Source: Pseudobacteriovorax sp.
Lineage (GTDB): Bacteria > Bdellovibrionota_B > Oligoflexia > Oligoflexales > Oligoflexaceae
Reading direction: 5' to 3'
Assembly: GCA_050293845.1 (NCBI GenBank)
Contig: JBNKNM010000024.1
Span: 1 to 44,288 of the forward strand
Length of the DNA stretch: 44,288 nucleotides
Shown: positions 9,615 through 18,027 of the stretch, one piece after another
Layout: each line of letters begins with the position of its first letter
How positions within the stretch are numbered: the stretch's first letter is position 1
Notes under the pieces: model-generated
Databases searched by the model: none
What the model was told of the DNA's origin: nothing
What the model saw: only the letters and a program-made list of their open reading frames with translations
Program-made: the position numbers and the translations under genes

Positions 9615-10043
9615 AGTTGCCCCTAAAAATTACAGGTACTTTTTTCCACCTAGTATTGGATTAGCAACCAAGTATAATATTGCAAATATTTTTAACGGTC
9701 GAGTATTATTGGTAAATATATTTTTAAGTTCAGGTTGTATCTATCTAAAATTCAAGGATCGTTTTTGTAAAGGTCCGTTGCACCAAAGGTAAGACTTAAT
9801 TTAGAATTAGAAATGGTAGTTATTATAGTGGTTAATCTACTATGAATTAATTCTAGCGCCCTCATTCCGATAATAACATATTAATCTTTCTGTAAAATAC
9901 TTCGCTGTACATCCAGTCACTAAGTAATGCTGTAGTTTCTTTAGGGGATCTGATTAGCAGTTGCCTGGTAACGTATGTACTTTCTTGATCGGTATTCATG
10001 AGCAGCATGCTTAAACTTAAACTTAAACTATTTAGGAAAGCTG

Positions 10044-10703
10044 ATGCATCGCTTACTTCAGATATTTAAAATATTGTTCCCAGTTTTTTTTCTACTAATG
10101 TTTGCGGGACACGTACAGGCTACAAATACAACGGTCAAAGCAGGTATGGTTGTTTATGGGGTTGGAACCTTGGGCGGAGTGGAACTAGGGTCAATTTACC
10201 AAGAAAACTTTCATTTTAATGTTTCTCTCTACTGGGGAAATAATAGGGCTGAAGGGAAAAACAAAGATGAGCAAGATAGCTCTACTGTAAAAGAGTTTTT
10301 AGAGGCAAATGTTCAGGTGTTTTCAATAGAAATGCGGTACTTTCCCGGATTAGGGAGCTTCAATATCACCGGTTTACTTTCTCAATGGAAGCTAAAGGGA
10401 AGTTATGGCTTTGCTAATAAATTTGCCGAGGCATCTGTGCCTTTCAATAGCGAAGTCAGCCAGCTAGGAGTTGCCATTGGCAATGAATGGAGCTGGGATG
10501 GTGGCTTTATGATGGGCTGTGATTGGTTGGAAATCAAAGGCACCTTATTGGCTACAACTGAGACCCAGCTATCGGGGCCAGAGGCCGAAGCTATCTCAAT
10601 CTTGACAGCTTCTAAAGGGGGACCTGCTAAGCAAGCCAATCATGTCGCACAGAGCTTATCAGCACTAGGCTTGCTGAATTTTTATATTGGGTGGCGGTTT
10701 TAA
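10044..10703 (+). CDS. Hypothetical outer-membrane beta-barrel-like protein
   Basis: Signal peptide ending VQA, amphipathic strands, C-terminal FYIGWRF; stop overlaps the serS stop by 4 bp. Confidence 0.65.
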   Translation: MHRLLQIFKILFPVFFLLMFAGHVQATNTTVKAGMVVYGVGTLGGVELGSIYQENFHFNVSLYWGNNRAEGKNKDEQDSSTVKEFLEANVQVFSIEMRYFPGLGSFNITGLLSQWKLKGSYGFANKFAEASVPFNSEVSQLGVAIGNEWSWDGGFMMGCDWLEIKGTLLATTETQLSGPEAEAISILTASKGGPAKQANHVAQSLSALGLLNFYIGWRF

Positions 10704-11971
10704 CCCCCAAGAGAACTTACACCACCAAGGTAGGGACGTAAGGCTTTCGGTATATGAATGCTACCGTCTTGCTGTTGATGATTCTCCAGCAGTGGTATGA
10801 GTACCCTTGGGCTTGCAACAGCTGTATTATTAAGGGTATAGCAGAAAGATTTTTGCTTAGTCCCTGCTGCTTTGTACCTGATCTTTAAGCGTCGTGCCTG
10901 AAAGTCATGGAATGTTGAACAACTATGGGTTTCACTGTAGCTTTTCCGTGAAGGCATCCAGGTTTCGATATCATGCTTTCTCACTTGTCCTTGTCCTAAA
11001 TCCCCCGTGCATACATAGACAACACGATATGGCAATTCCAGAGCTTGGAGTATCTCTTCAGAATTAGTAAGGAGTTCTTGGTGTAGTTTTTCCGACTCCG
11101 CTTCATCGGCGATGCTAATAATGACCTGCTCGACCTTTTGGAATTGATGGACCCGGTATAGTCCATGGACATCTTTGCCATAGGTTCCCGCCTCGCGCCG
11201 GAAACAGGAGCTATGGGCAGCATAGCGCAAAGGAAGTTCGTTTTCGTTTAGTATTTCGTCAGAGTGGAAAGAAGCAACCGGGACTTCAGCGGTACCTACC
11301 AGGGCAAGCTGATCCTTTTCGATGTAATAGGCTTGATCGCGACCGTTTGGAAAATACCCTGTTCCTACCATACAGTCTTCTTTTACCAGTACGGGGACAG
11401 AAAGTTGAGTGAAGCCCTTGCTATACAATATATCCAAAGTGAACCGCATCAGCGCTGATTCCAGTCGTGCTAAGTCTCCTTTTAAGACATAAGAACGTGA
11501 TCCTGCCAATTTCACCCCACGCTCGATGTCGAGCCAATCATTGACCTTACCAAGTTCAACATGGTCTTTTATGGGAAAAGTGAAGGCGCGAATATCGCCC
11601 CAGGTTTTTACTTCAATGTTCTCTTTATCGTCTTTTCCCACGGGAACATCAGCTCTTGCTGGGGTGGGAACGGTTAGCATCAATTCAAGGAGTTTTTCTT
11701 CTAAAACTTTAACTGACTGGTTTAGTTCTTCAAGACGTGGTTTAAACTCTGAAACTTGCCCCTTTAATGCTTCTCTTTGCTCTGGAGAAGCCTGACCAAT
11801 TTGTTTGGAAAGTGTATTGCGCTGATTTTGGAGATCTTCAAGCTGCATTTTTTCGGACTTGAGCCTATCATCTAAGGATAGTAGCTCATCCAGGTCGACA
11901 CCGAAATTCTTTTCTTGGGCTCCTTTAGCCACTAATTCCTTGTTTTCGCGGATGAACTTAATATCTAACAT
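10700..11971 (-). CDS. serS: Serine--tRNA ligase
   Basis: MLDIKFIR, GTAEVP, CFRREAG, GLYRVHQFQKVE, SETHSCS, TLNNTAVASPR. Confidence 0.98.
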   Translation of the reverse strand: MLDIKFIRENKELVAKGAQEKNFGVDLDELLSLDDRLKSEKMQLEDLQNQRNTLSKQIGQASPEQREALKGQVSEFKPRLEELNQSVKVLEEKLLELMLTVPTPARADVPVGKDDKENIEVKTWGDIRAFTFPIKDHVELGKVNDWLDIERGVKLAGSRSYVLKGDLARLESALMRFTLDILYSKGFTQLSVPVLVKEDCMVGTGYFPNGRDQAYYIEKDQLALVGTAEVPVASFHSDEILNENELPLRYAAHSSCFRREAGTYGKDVHGLYRVHQFQKVEQVIISIADEAESEKLHQELLTNSEEILQALELPYRVVYVCTGDLGQGQVRKHDIETWMPSRKSYSETHSCSTFHDFQARRLKIRYKAAGTKQKSFCYTLNNTAVASPRVLIPLLENHQQQDGSIHIPKALRPYLGGVSSLGG

Positions 11972-12111
11972 AGGTTCCTCTAAGTAATCGCATTTGTTGG
12001 CCTATAGGGCTACCATACTTAGTCTAATCTTGTCACCAATTTAAGTGAATTTACAGGAATTCAAAAAACGGAGCTAGACCTTGGGAAGCTTTTTGAGTAA
12101 GTAAAGGCGTC

Positions 12112-13248
12112 ATGCTGACTAAATCACATAGGAAGGGTTTGATGCAACGTACTAACAGACTTAGTCCCTTTGAAAGGCTGGGAATCCCTCGGAATCCAGT
12201 GGTTTTAGCACCTTTGGCAGGGGTGACTGATCACCCTTTTCGCCGGATATGTACTGCGAAATCAGCCGATTTAACTTACGTTGAGATGATATCAGCAACA
12301 GCTCTTTTGTATGAAAGTACAAGAACTTATTCTATGTTAAAAAGGCATAATGAAGAAGCGGTACTTGGGGTTCAAATCACAGGTCGGTCGGCCCAAGATG
12401 TTGGTGAGGCTGTAGCAATCCTAGATAAGATGGACTTTGATACGATCGATATCAATATGGGATGCCCCGTCAAAAAAGTGGTGAAAACCGGCTGTGGTAG
12501 CGCCATTCTCAAAGATCCCGAGAGAGTTTATCAGACTGTCAAAGCAGCAAAGGAAGCCACGGATAAGCCTGTTTCAGCCAAGATTCGGATCGGTTGGGAT
12601 CACCAATCTGTTAATGGTATTGAGGTTTCTCAAGCCATTGAGAGCGCCGGTGCTGATTTTATGATCGTTCACGGTAGAACCCGGAATGATACTTATGCGA
12701 ATCCTGTTGATCTTGCCTATATGAAGCAGATTAAGGAGTCTGTTGCTATTCCCGTCATTGGTAATGGCAACATTTTTTCTGGTGCAGATGCTTCCCATAT
12801 GCAGCAGGTTGCTGGTGTTGATGGAATCATGGTGAGTCGTGGAGCCCTCGGGAATCCTTGGATATTTCAAGATATCAAGTCCGGTTGTCAAAAGGTGAGC
12901 CTTGAAGACTGGGTATCAACTGTTGGCAATCACCTAGCCTGGCAGCAGCAGGAATACGGTGATCAAGGAGCGGCTGCGGTTTGCATGAGAAAACATTTAC
13001 TATGGTATGCCAAGGGTTGGCCGGGGGTGAAAGCCTTGCGTGAACGGATGAATGTCACAGAAAGTCTGCATCAGGCTTTGGCTATTATTCATGAATTTCA
13101 AGCTTCACTACAGCAAAGCGGTATTACCCATAGGTTTGAAAGTCAGAATCCTGACTTAGGAGGTCGTTTTGTATGGGACCCCAAATTTGAGATGGACCGC
13201 AAACTTGATCGTGGTGTTGGTGAAGATTGTCTCGAAGCTAGCCTTTAA
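12112..13248 (+). CDS. dusB: tRNA-dihydrouridine synthase (DusB type)
   Basis: LAPLAGVTDHPFR, IDINMGCPVKKV, VHGRTR, GNGNI, GALGNPWIF, MRKHLLWY; start may be ATG at 12142. Confidence 0.92.
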   Translation: MLTKSHRKGLMQRTNRLSPFERLGIPRNPVVLAPLAGVTDHPFRRICTAKSADLTYVEMISATALLYESTRTYSMLKRHNEEAVLGVQITGRSAQDVGEAVAILDKMDFDTIDINMGCPVKKVVKTGCGSAILKDPERVYQTVKAAKEATDKPVSAKIRIGWDHQSVNGIEVSQAIESAGADFMIVHGRTRNDTYANPVDLAYMKQIKESVAIPVIGNGNIFSGADASHMQQVAGVDGIMVSRGALGNPWIFQDIKSGCQKVSLEDWVSTVGNHLAWQQQEYGDQGAAAVCMRKHLLWYAKGWPGVKALRERMNVTESLHQALAIIHEFQASLQQSGITHRFESQNPDLGGRFVWDPKFEMDRKLDRGVGEDCLEASL

Positions 13249-13321
13249 CTTTAAGCCCCGATTTAAGTTTTTTAGAACGCAACGATGCGGTTAAAGAATA
13301 GTAGGGGCAAGCATTGCACTC

Positions 13322-13349
13322 TTGACCTGGGATGAATTTCGGCTACAAT
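13322..13349 (+). promoter_or_regulatory. sigma70-type promoter for glutamine synthetase
   Basis: TTGACC-N16-TACAAT about 57 bp upstream of the ATG at 13407. Confidence 0.55.
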
Positions 13350-13406
13350 TAGCCCTTTAATTCACAATATCCTACCTATTGAGTTAACCATGAATCGAGG
13401 TAAGGC

Positions 13407-14453
13407 ATGATTAAGCAGGCAGAGTATCTATGGTTAGATGGTCGTGAGCCCACACAAAGGTTGCGATCTAAAACCCGTATCATCAATGAGTTTGGAGAAA
13501 ACCCTGAGCTGTCGTCTTTTCCCCAGTGGAGTTTTGATGGCTCGTCCACCTATCAGTCACCTGGGACTAACAGCGATCTATTGCTGAAGCCGGTCAACTT
13601 TGTCAAGGACCCCATTCGAGGTGAAGGCAACTTCTTAGTAATGTGTGAAGTCCTCAATGAGGATGGAACTCCCCATGAGTCCAACAGAAGAGCGCAGCTC
13701 AGAGAGACACTAGAAAAGGGTGCCAATAAACTTGAACCGTGGTTTGGCTTTGAGCAAGAGTATGTCCTTTTTGATGGTATTCGTCCCCTAGGATGGCCAG
13801 AGAATGGCTATCCTCCACCCCAAGGACCTTTTTACTGTGGTGTGGGTCCGAATCAGGTCTACGGACGCGAAATTGTCGAAAATCATACTAGGGCGTGCAT
13901 AGAAGCTGGGATCATGATTTATGGGGTAAATGCTGAGGTTATGCCAGCCCAATGGGAATTTCAGATTGGTTATCGAGGCATTAAGGGAGAGGTTGCTGAT
14001 GCTTTAAACACAGCCGATCATCTTTGGTTTGCAAGATGGTTGCTCTTCCGTATTGGCGAAGATTATGGTGTTGAGGCCATGATGCACTCTAAGCCTGTTG
14101 CAGGGGATTGGAACGGCTCGGGGCAGCACACCAACTTTTCAACGAAAAACATGCGTGATCCAAGCAAGGGAATGGCTACTATAGAAAAATACATCAAGCT
14201 TTTGGAAACGAAGCATGATGAACATATTAAAGTTTATGGGGAAGGTCTGGACCAAAGGTTGACCGGGCTTCATGAAACTTGTGCTATCGATCAATTTAAA
14301 TCTGGCGTAGCCGACAGGGGAGCGTCCATTAGGATTCCTCGTGAGGTTTCCAATAGTGGTCATGGGTATCTGGAGGACCGACGCCCAGGTGCCAATGCTG
14401 ATCCTTATCAAATAGCCGATCGCATTCTCAAAACTATTGGCGAAATTGACTAG
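13407..14453 (+). CDS. glnII: Glutamine synthetase, type II
   Basis: 348 aa; AEYLWLDG, LRSKTR, WSFDGSST, PWFGFEQEY, QGPFYCGVG, NAEVMPAQWEFQIG, DWNGSGQHTNFST, RLTGLHET, YLEDRRPGANADPY. Confidence 0.93.
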   Translation: MIKQAEYLWLDGREPTQRLRSKTRIINEFGENPELSSFPQWSFDGSSTYQSPGTNSDLLLKPVNFVKDPIRGEGNFLVMCEVLNEDGTPHESNRRAQLRETLEKGANKLEPWFGFEQEYVLFDGIRPLGWPENGYPPPQGPFYCGVGPNQVYGREIVENHTRACIEAGIMIYGVNAEVMPAQWEFQIGYRGIKGEVADALNTADHLWFARWLLFRIGEDYGVEAMMHSKPVAGDWNGSGQHTNFSTKNMRDPSKGMATIEKYIKLLETKHDEHIKVYGEGLDQRLTGLHETCAIDQFKSGVADRGASIRIPREVSNSGHGYLEDRRPGANADPYQIADRILKTIGEID

Positions 14454-14477
14454 ATCGCAGACTCCAGTTGAAATTAA

Positions 14478-14509
14478 CCACCTATTTTCCCGTACGGAAA
14501 AATGGGTGG
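14478..14509 (+). terminator. Hairpin downstream of glutamine synthetase
   Basis: CCACCTATTTTCCCG-TA-CGGAAAAATGGGTGG long stem, 25 bp after the stop. Confidence 0.55.
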
Positions 14510-14630
14510 CCTCCAGCAAAAACGAGAGTGATGTTATCACTCCTCTTTGCATAATCCTATAAAAAGCCTCTGATAAAGTGCAGTTAATTAGCTAAAATAA
14601 TTGAATTATATTGCCCCACTTGCAGAGGAT

Positions 14631-14657
14631 TTTAGTTTTTAACCATAGAACCGATTG
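14631..14657 (+). promoter_or_regulatory. sigma28 (FliA)-like promoter
   Basis: TTTAGTTT-N11-ACCGATTG vs consensus TAAAGTTT-N11-GCCGATAA. Confidence 0.5.
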
Positions 14658-14702
14658 CAAAATTATATACGTCTTCAATCAAAAAATATGTTTCTGAGGA
14701 GA

Positions 14703-15059
14703 ATGCTCTTGAGCTGCAAGGTTCTATTCATCGATGATAGTGAAGATATTCGCGATATTTATACCACATTACTGCAAGATGAGGGTATTAGTGTTATTGC
14801 TGCAAAAGATGGCCAGGAGGGCTTGAGGCAGTTCGAGAGTAAAAATCCTCAGATGATACTTACTGATATTGTGATGCCTAAACTAGGGGGGATTGAAATG
14901 ATTCAACTCATTCGAAAAAAGAATAAAGATATTCCAATAATAGCAATTTCTGGAGATCCCAGTCAGGCACTCAAGTCTTCACAGGCAGGTGCTAATAAAT
15001 TCCTAGCAAAACCTTTTTGTTCTAAAATCTTACTAATGAATATCAAGCAACATATTTGA
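14703..15059 (+). CDS. Single-domain response regulator (CheY-like)
   Basis: LFIDDS, LTDIVMP, ISG, LAKPF; ATG at 14703 follows GAGGAG. Confidence 0.9.
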   Translation: MLLSCKVLFIDDSEDIRDIYTTLLQDEGISVIAAKDGQEGLRQFESKNPQMILTDIVMPKLGGIEMIQLIRKKNKDIPIIAISGDPSQALKSSQAGANKFLAKPFCSKILLMNIKQHI

Positions 15060-15060
15060 T

Positions 15061-15087
15061 TTAGGTTTAAATAAATCACTCCGATGG
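15061..15087 (+). promoter_or_regulatory. sigma28 (FliA)-like promoter
   Basis: TTAGGTTT-N11-TCCGATGG, 41 bp before the ATG at 15129. Confidence 0.5.
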
Positions 15088-15128
15088 TAAGATAGCACCG
15101 GAGTGAGAAAAGCTTATTAGGGATTACT

Positions 15129-15602
15129 ATGAACCGATTTGAAGTAACCTGGGTTGATGATAAAATAGTTAAGGTTGTGGGAACTATCGATGAAAATTTT
15201 GTCTTTGACGATCAAGTGGCAAGGTTTAAGGACGAAGTTCACATAGACCTAAATGGTGTCGAACGAATCAATAGCTGTGGTGTTCGGGAGTGGATTAAAT
15301 CAATCTTGAAAACCGATGCAAAAATACATTTCATCAATTGCTCTTCAGTTATTGTATCCCAATTCTCCATGATCCCGGAATTTCTAGGAAAGCATGGGGT
15401 TGTCGACTCTTTTGAAACTCAGTTTGTCTGCGAAGAATGTGGCTATGAAGAATCTCGCATCCTTGTTGTCGGCAAGGATATCGAACCAGGGCAGGAAGTG
15501 TATGAAGAAGGGCCGGAAGTAAAATGTCCGGAATGTGACAGCATTATGGAATGTGATCACAATCCAGAGCTGTATTTTTCATTTCTAACTGAAGTCGTGT
15601 GA
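15129..15602 (+). CDS. STAS-like (anti-anti-sigma-like) domain fused to a C4 zinc ribbon
   Basis: GTIDEN, IDLNGVERINSCGVREWI (STAS D-l-x-x-v-x-x-I-[DN]-S-x-G pattern), then CEEC...CPEC and YFSFL. Confidence 0.7.
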   Translation: MNRFEVTWVDDKIVKVVGTIDENFVFDDQVARFKDEVHIDLNGVERINSCGVREWIKSILKTDAKIHFINCSSVIVSQFSMIPEFLGKHGVVDSFETQFVCEECGYEESRILVVGKDIEPGQEVYEEGPEVKCPECDSIMECDHNPELYFSFLTEVV

Positions 15603-15753
15603 AGAGGCCTTTAAGGCTGATTTGTGCTGCTGTATCCCCTACTTATGGTCCTCTAACCATCATCCCTCGATAGCTAATTCTCTTTGGCACCTTGCTGAGT
15701 CTAATCTATACGCAAGACACAGACCCCATGCAGATGTCTTTATGGCAAATCGC

Positions 15754-16386
15754 TTAGGCAATATGGAGCCTCTTGCTCATAGCTAATTGAATGGCTTCAA
15801 GAAGTTTGCTGGCTTCAAATGGCTTAGCAAGCCAGTGATCCACAGCAAACTTTTTTCCTGCCTCGATGAGTTCAGGCTTGGAAAATGCTGTCATAACAAC
15901 GATTATAGCCTCTTCTGCAAGATGCATTTTGCGGAGTGTTTTAATAAACTGCATTCCATTCATTACAGGCATCTTAAGGTCGGTTATGATCACTTTAACG
16001 TCAGGGTTTGAAAGGAGAGCTTTGATGCCCTCTTCGCCATTTTCTTTAAGTATCACCATGTAACCCTGGCCTTCTAGGGATTTAGTCAGTATAGCCCGCA
16101 ATGTAGGCTCATCCTCTAGCAGTAAAATTTTTGTTTGTATGTCCTTACCTGTGTGGAAAGTATGAGTTGATTGAGGGTGAGGAAGCTTTTCAAGTTGATC
16201 TTCCCCCAATAACAAGTTTACCTTTTCTGTAGCGATAGGATGCCCCTGTTGGGCGGCTTGTTGCCACCAAAACAGAGCTTTTTCCATGTCGAGTATGCGA
16301 TCTAAGCCAATCTCGTATAGAAAGGCGAGATTGCACTGGGCTTCGACGTCGCCCTCTTCTGCTCTTTTTTCTAGGGAGTCATCCAT
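15754..16386 (-). CDS. Sel1-repeat + receiver domain protein
   Basis: AEEGDVEAQCNLAFLYEIG...KALFWWQQAAQQGH (Sel1), then LLEDE, ITDLKMP, MTA, LAKPF. Confidence 0.88.
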   Translation of the reverse strand: MDDSLEKRAEEGDVEAQCNLAFLYEIGLDRILDMEKALFWWQQAAQQGHPIATEKVNLLLGEDQLEKLPHPQSTHTFHTGKDIQTKILLLEDEPTLRAILTKSLEGQGYMVILKENGEEGIKALLSNPDVKVIITDLKMPVMNGMQFIKTLRKMHLAEEAIIVVMTAFSKPELIEAGKKFAVDHWLAKPFEASKLLEAIQLAMSKRLHIA

Positions 16387-16416
16387 AGCCTTCCTCGTTT
16401 GAATGCTTTGCCCTAA

Positions 16417-16504
16417 AGGCGCATCGGCGAAGTGGAGTGAAACCTGAGGTACGGAAAATTAGGCGCATCGGCGAAGTGGAGTGAAACCTGAGGTACGGAA
16501 AATT
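16417..16504. repeat. Exact 44 bp tandem duplication containing a minus-strand sigma28-like promoter
   Basis: AGGCGCATCGGCGAAGTGGAGTGAAACCTGAGGTACGGAAAATT at 16417-16460 and 16461-16504; the reverse complement contains TCAGGTTT-N11-GCCGATGC. Confidence 0.95.
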
Positions 16505-16654
16505 TTATAAGTCGATAGATATATTTGGAGCATTTAGATAGAAGTTTATTCCATAACTAGTTGTATATATTTCGTTAAATTTTTATTGGGAAACTTTATG
16601 AACCTGAGGTATACCATTAACATCCAAAAAATAGTTCTTTTGAGGTAAAATAGA

Positions 16655-17449
16655 GTGACGCGTCCAGTAAGTGATGGAAATTCCAAGGAAGGAGATCTTA
16701 CCCGTATACCTTATACGATAACCCTTGATGATGATCCTATTCCTGCCAAAATTATCGAAGAGACCCTTGGATTAAAGAATTTTTGGTTTTCGGAAAGTTC
16801 GGTCCTGGTACAACATGCCTATAAGCTAGAGCCTACAGGAGCGTTTATTGATATCTATTTAAAGAATGAATGCGGTCTTGATGTCGTTCCGATTATAAGG
16901 TCTCTTTGGCCTTCAACGGCCATTATTGTTATGACTGGAGACTCCAATGACAAGCTGGTGGGGCAAGCTTTGGCTTTGGGAGCTAATGATTTCATCCGCA
17001 AACCCATCAGCAAATTAGAAATCATGGCCCGATTGAAGGCTAGGATCGAAGACCTCAAAGAGAAAAATGGACATACCTTGCTGCGATTTGGCGATTTACG
17101 CTTGGACTTGCGCCATAAGTCAATGACTGGTCCAGGAGGACAGGTTGCGCTTTCTGCAAGGGAAATTGGTCTAATAGCCGAATTAGTCAGAGCCAACGGA
17201 GTGGTGGTGTCTAAAGATGCCCTTAAGCGTGAGCTATGGGGGCATGTGGCTGTCAGCGATAACGCTCTGGACCGTAAAGTCTTTGAAGTCAGGAAATCTC
17301 TGCGAAGAGTGAGCCGATCGGTAGTGCTGCAGTCCATCTATGGAGTTGGAATGGTGCTTCGATTAAGGACTTCTGAAGCCGATCGTGTAGTTTTAGATGA
17401 TTTTGAATCCAAGATCCGCCATACTAATTCCGCTCAGAATAACATGTAA
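16655..17449 (+). CDS. OmpR/PhoB-family response regulator
   Basis: LDDDP, FIDIYL, VMTG, DFIRKP receiver; wHTH LSAREIGLIAEL...LWG...SIYGVG. Confidence 0.9.
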   Translation: MTRPVSDGNSKEGDLTRIPYTITLDDDPIPAKIIEETLGLKNFWFSESSVLVQHAYKLEPTGAFIDIYLKNECGLDVVPIIRSLWPSTAIIVMTGDSNDKLVGQALALGANDFIRKPISKLEIMARLKARIEDLKEKNGHTLLRFGDLRLDLRHKSMTGPGGQVALSAREIGLIAELVRANGVVVSKDALKRELWGHVAVSDNALDRKVFEVRKSLRRVSRSVVLQSIYGVGMVLRLRTSEADRVVLDDFESKIRHTNSAQNNM

Positions 17450-17531
17450 TTATCAATCAATTCTTGATTGATTTGAAATATTAGCTCATCTTACTACTCA
17501 TATGTCCCTAAAAGTGAATGGAGGTGATTCT

Positions 17532-17948
17532 ATGGTCCAGGCAAGAAAAACGTTCAGAGGGATCCTGGTAGACCCCGACCCTGCCTACGCCGAGAAATTT
17601 ATCTCCGCTGCAGCCATCTTTGGTTTGGTTGTTGATCACTTCAGATCAATGCAAGACATCGTATATTTAGGGATATTCAACAACTACGATGTGGCTATAT
17701 TGAATACAGAAATCGGCCAGGTTTCTGGTTGGGAAATAGCAGAATATATTGAAAAGTTTGGCTTTGGGCTGCCCGTTGTGCTGTTATCGGATCATCTGAG
17801 TCAAATTCCAGAAAATCCCGAAATTTCTGCTTCAAAGCACCTCCTTAAAGGCGTTGGTAGTGTTACTGACCTCGTTGAGGAAATTGCTCAATTTCTGACT
17901 ATGAAGCTTACACCTGCATCAACTGTTTTTACTAGTGATGAAGCTTAG
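17532..17948 (+). CDS. Degenerate receiver-like domain protein
   Basis: ILVDPDP, DVAILNTEIGQVSGWEIA, LPVVLLS; the phosphoacceptor position is N and there is no KP motif; ATG at 17532 follows GGAGGTGA. Confidence 0.65.
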   Translation: MVQARKTFRGILVDPDPAYAEKFISAAAIFGLVVDHFRSMQDIVYLGIFNNYDVAILNTEIGQVSGWEIAEYIEKFGFGLPVVLLSDHLSQIPENPEISASKHLLKGVGSVTDLVEEIAQFLTMKLTPASTVFTSDEA

Positions 17949-18027
17949 AGTCCAGATCTGCCGTTTTCAACTGCTCTTCGTTATTCCCCGGAAAAGTGTT
18001 CTCATTAACAGGTGTTAACCCCGTCTC

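Noticed and set aside
13303..13318. sigma54 promoter for glutamine synthetase (GG-N10-GC)
   Set aside because: The -24 element lacks TGGCAC, and a better sigma70 match follows immediately.
16417..16504. CRISPR array
   Set aside because: Two abutting copies with no spacer, and no cas genes in the window.
16855..17337. 160 aa antisense ORF (and similar ones at 14139-14552, 12574-12891, 33790-34131, 34432-34737)
   Set aside because: They lie opposite well-supported genes and have no recognisable motifs; shadow ORFs.
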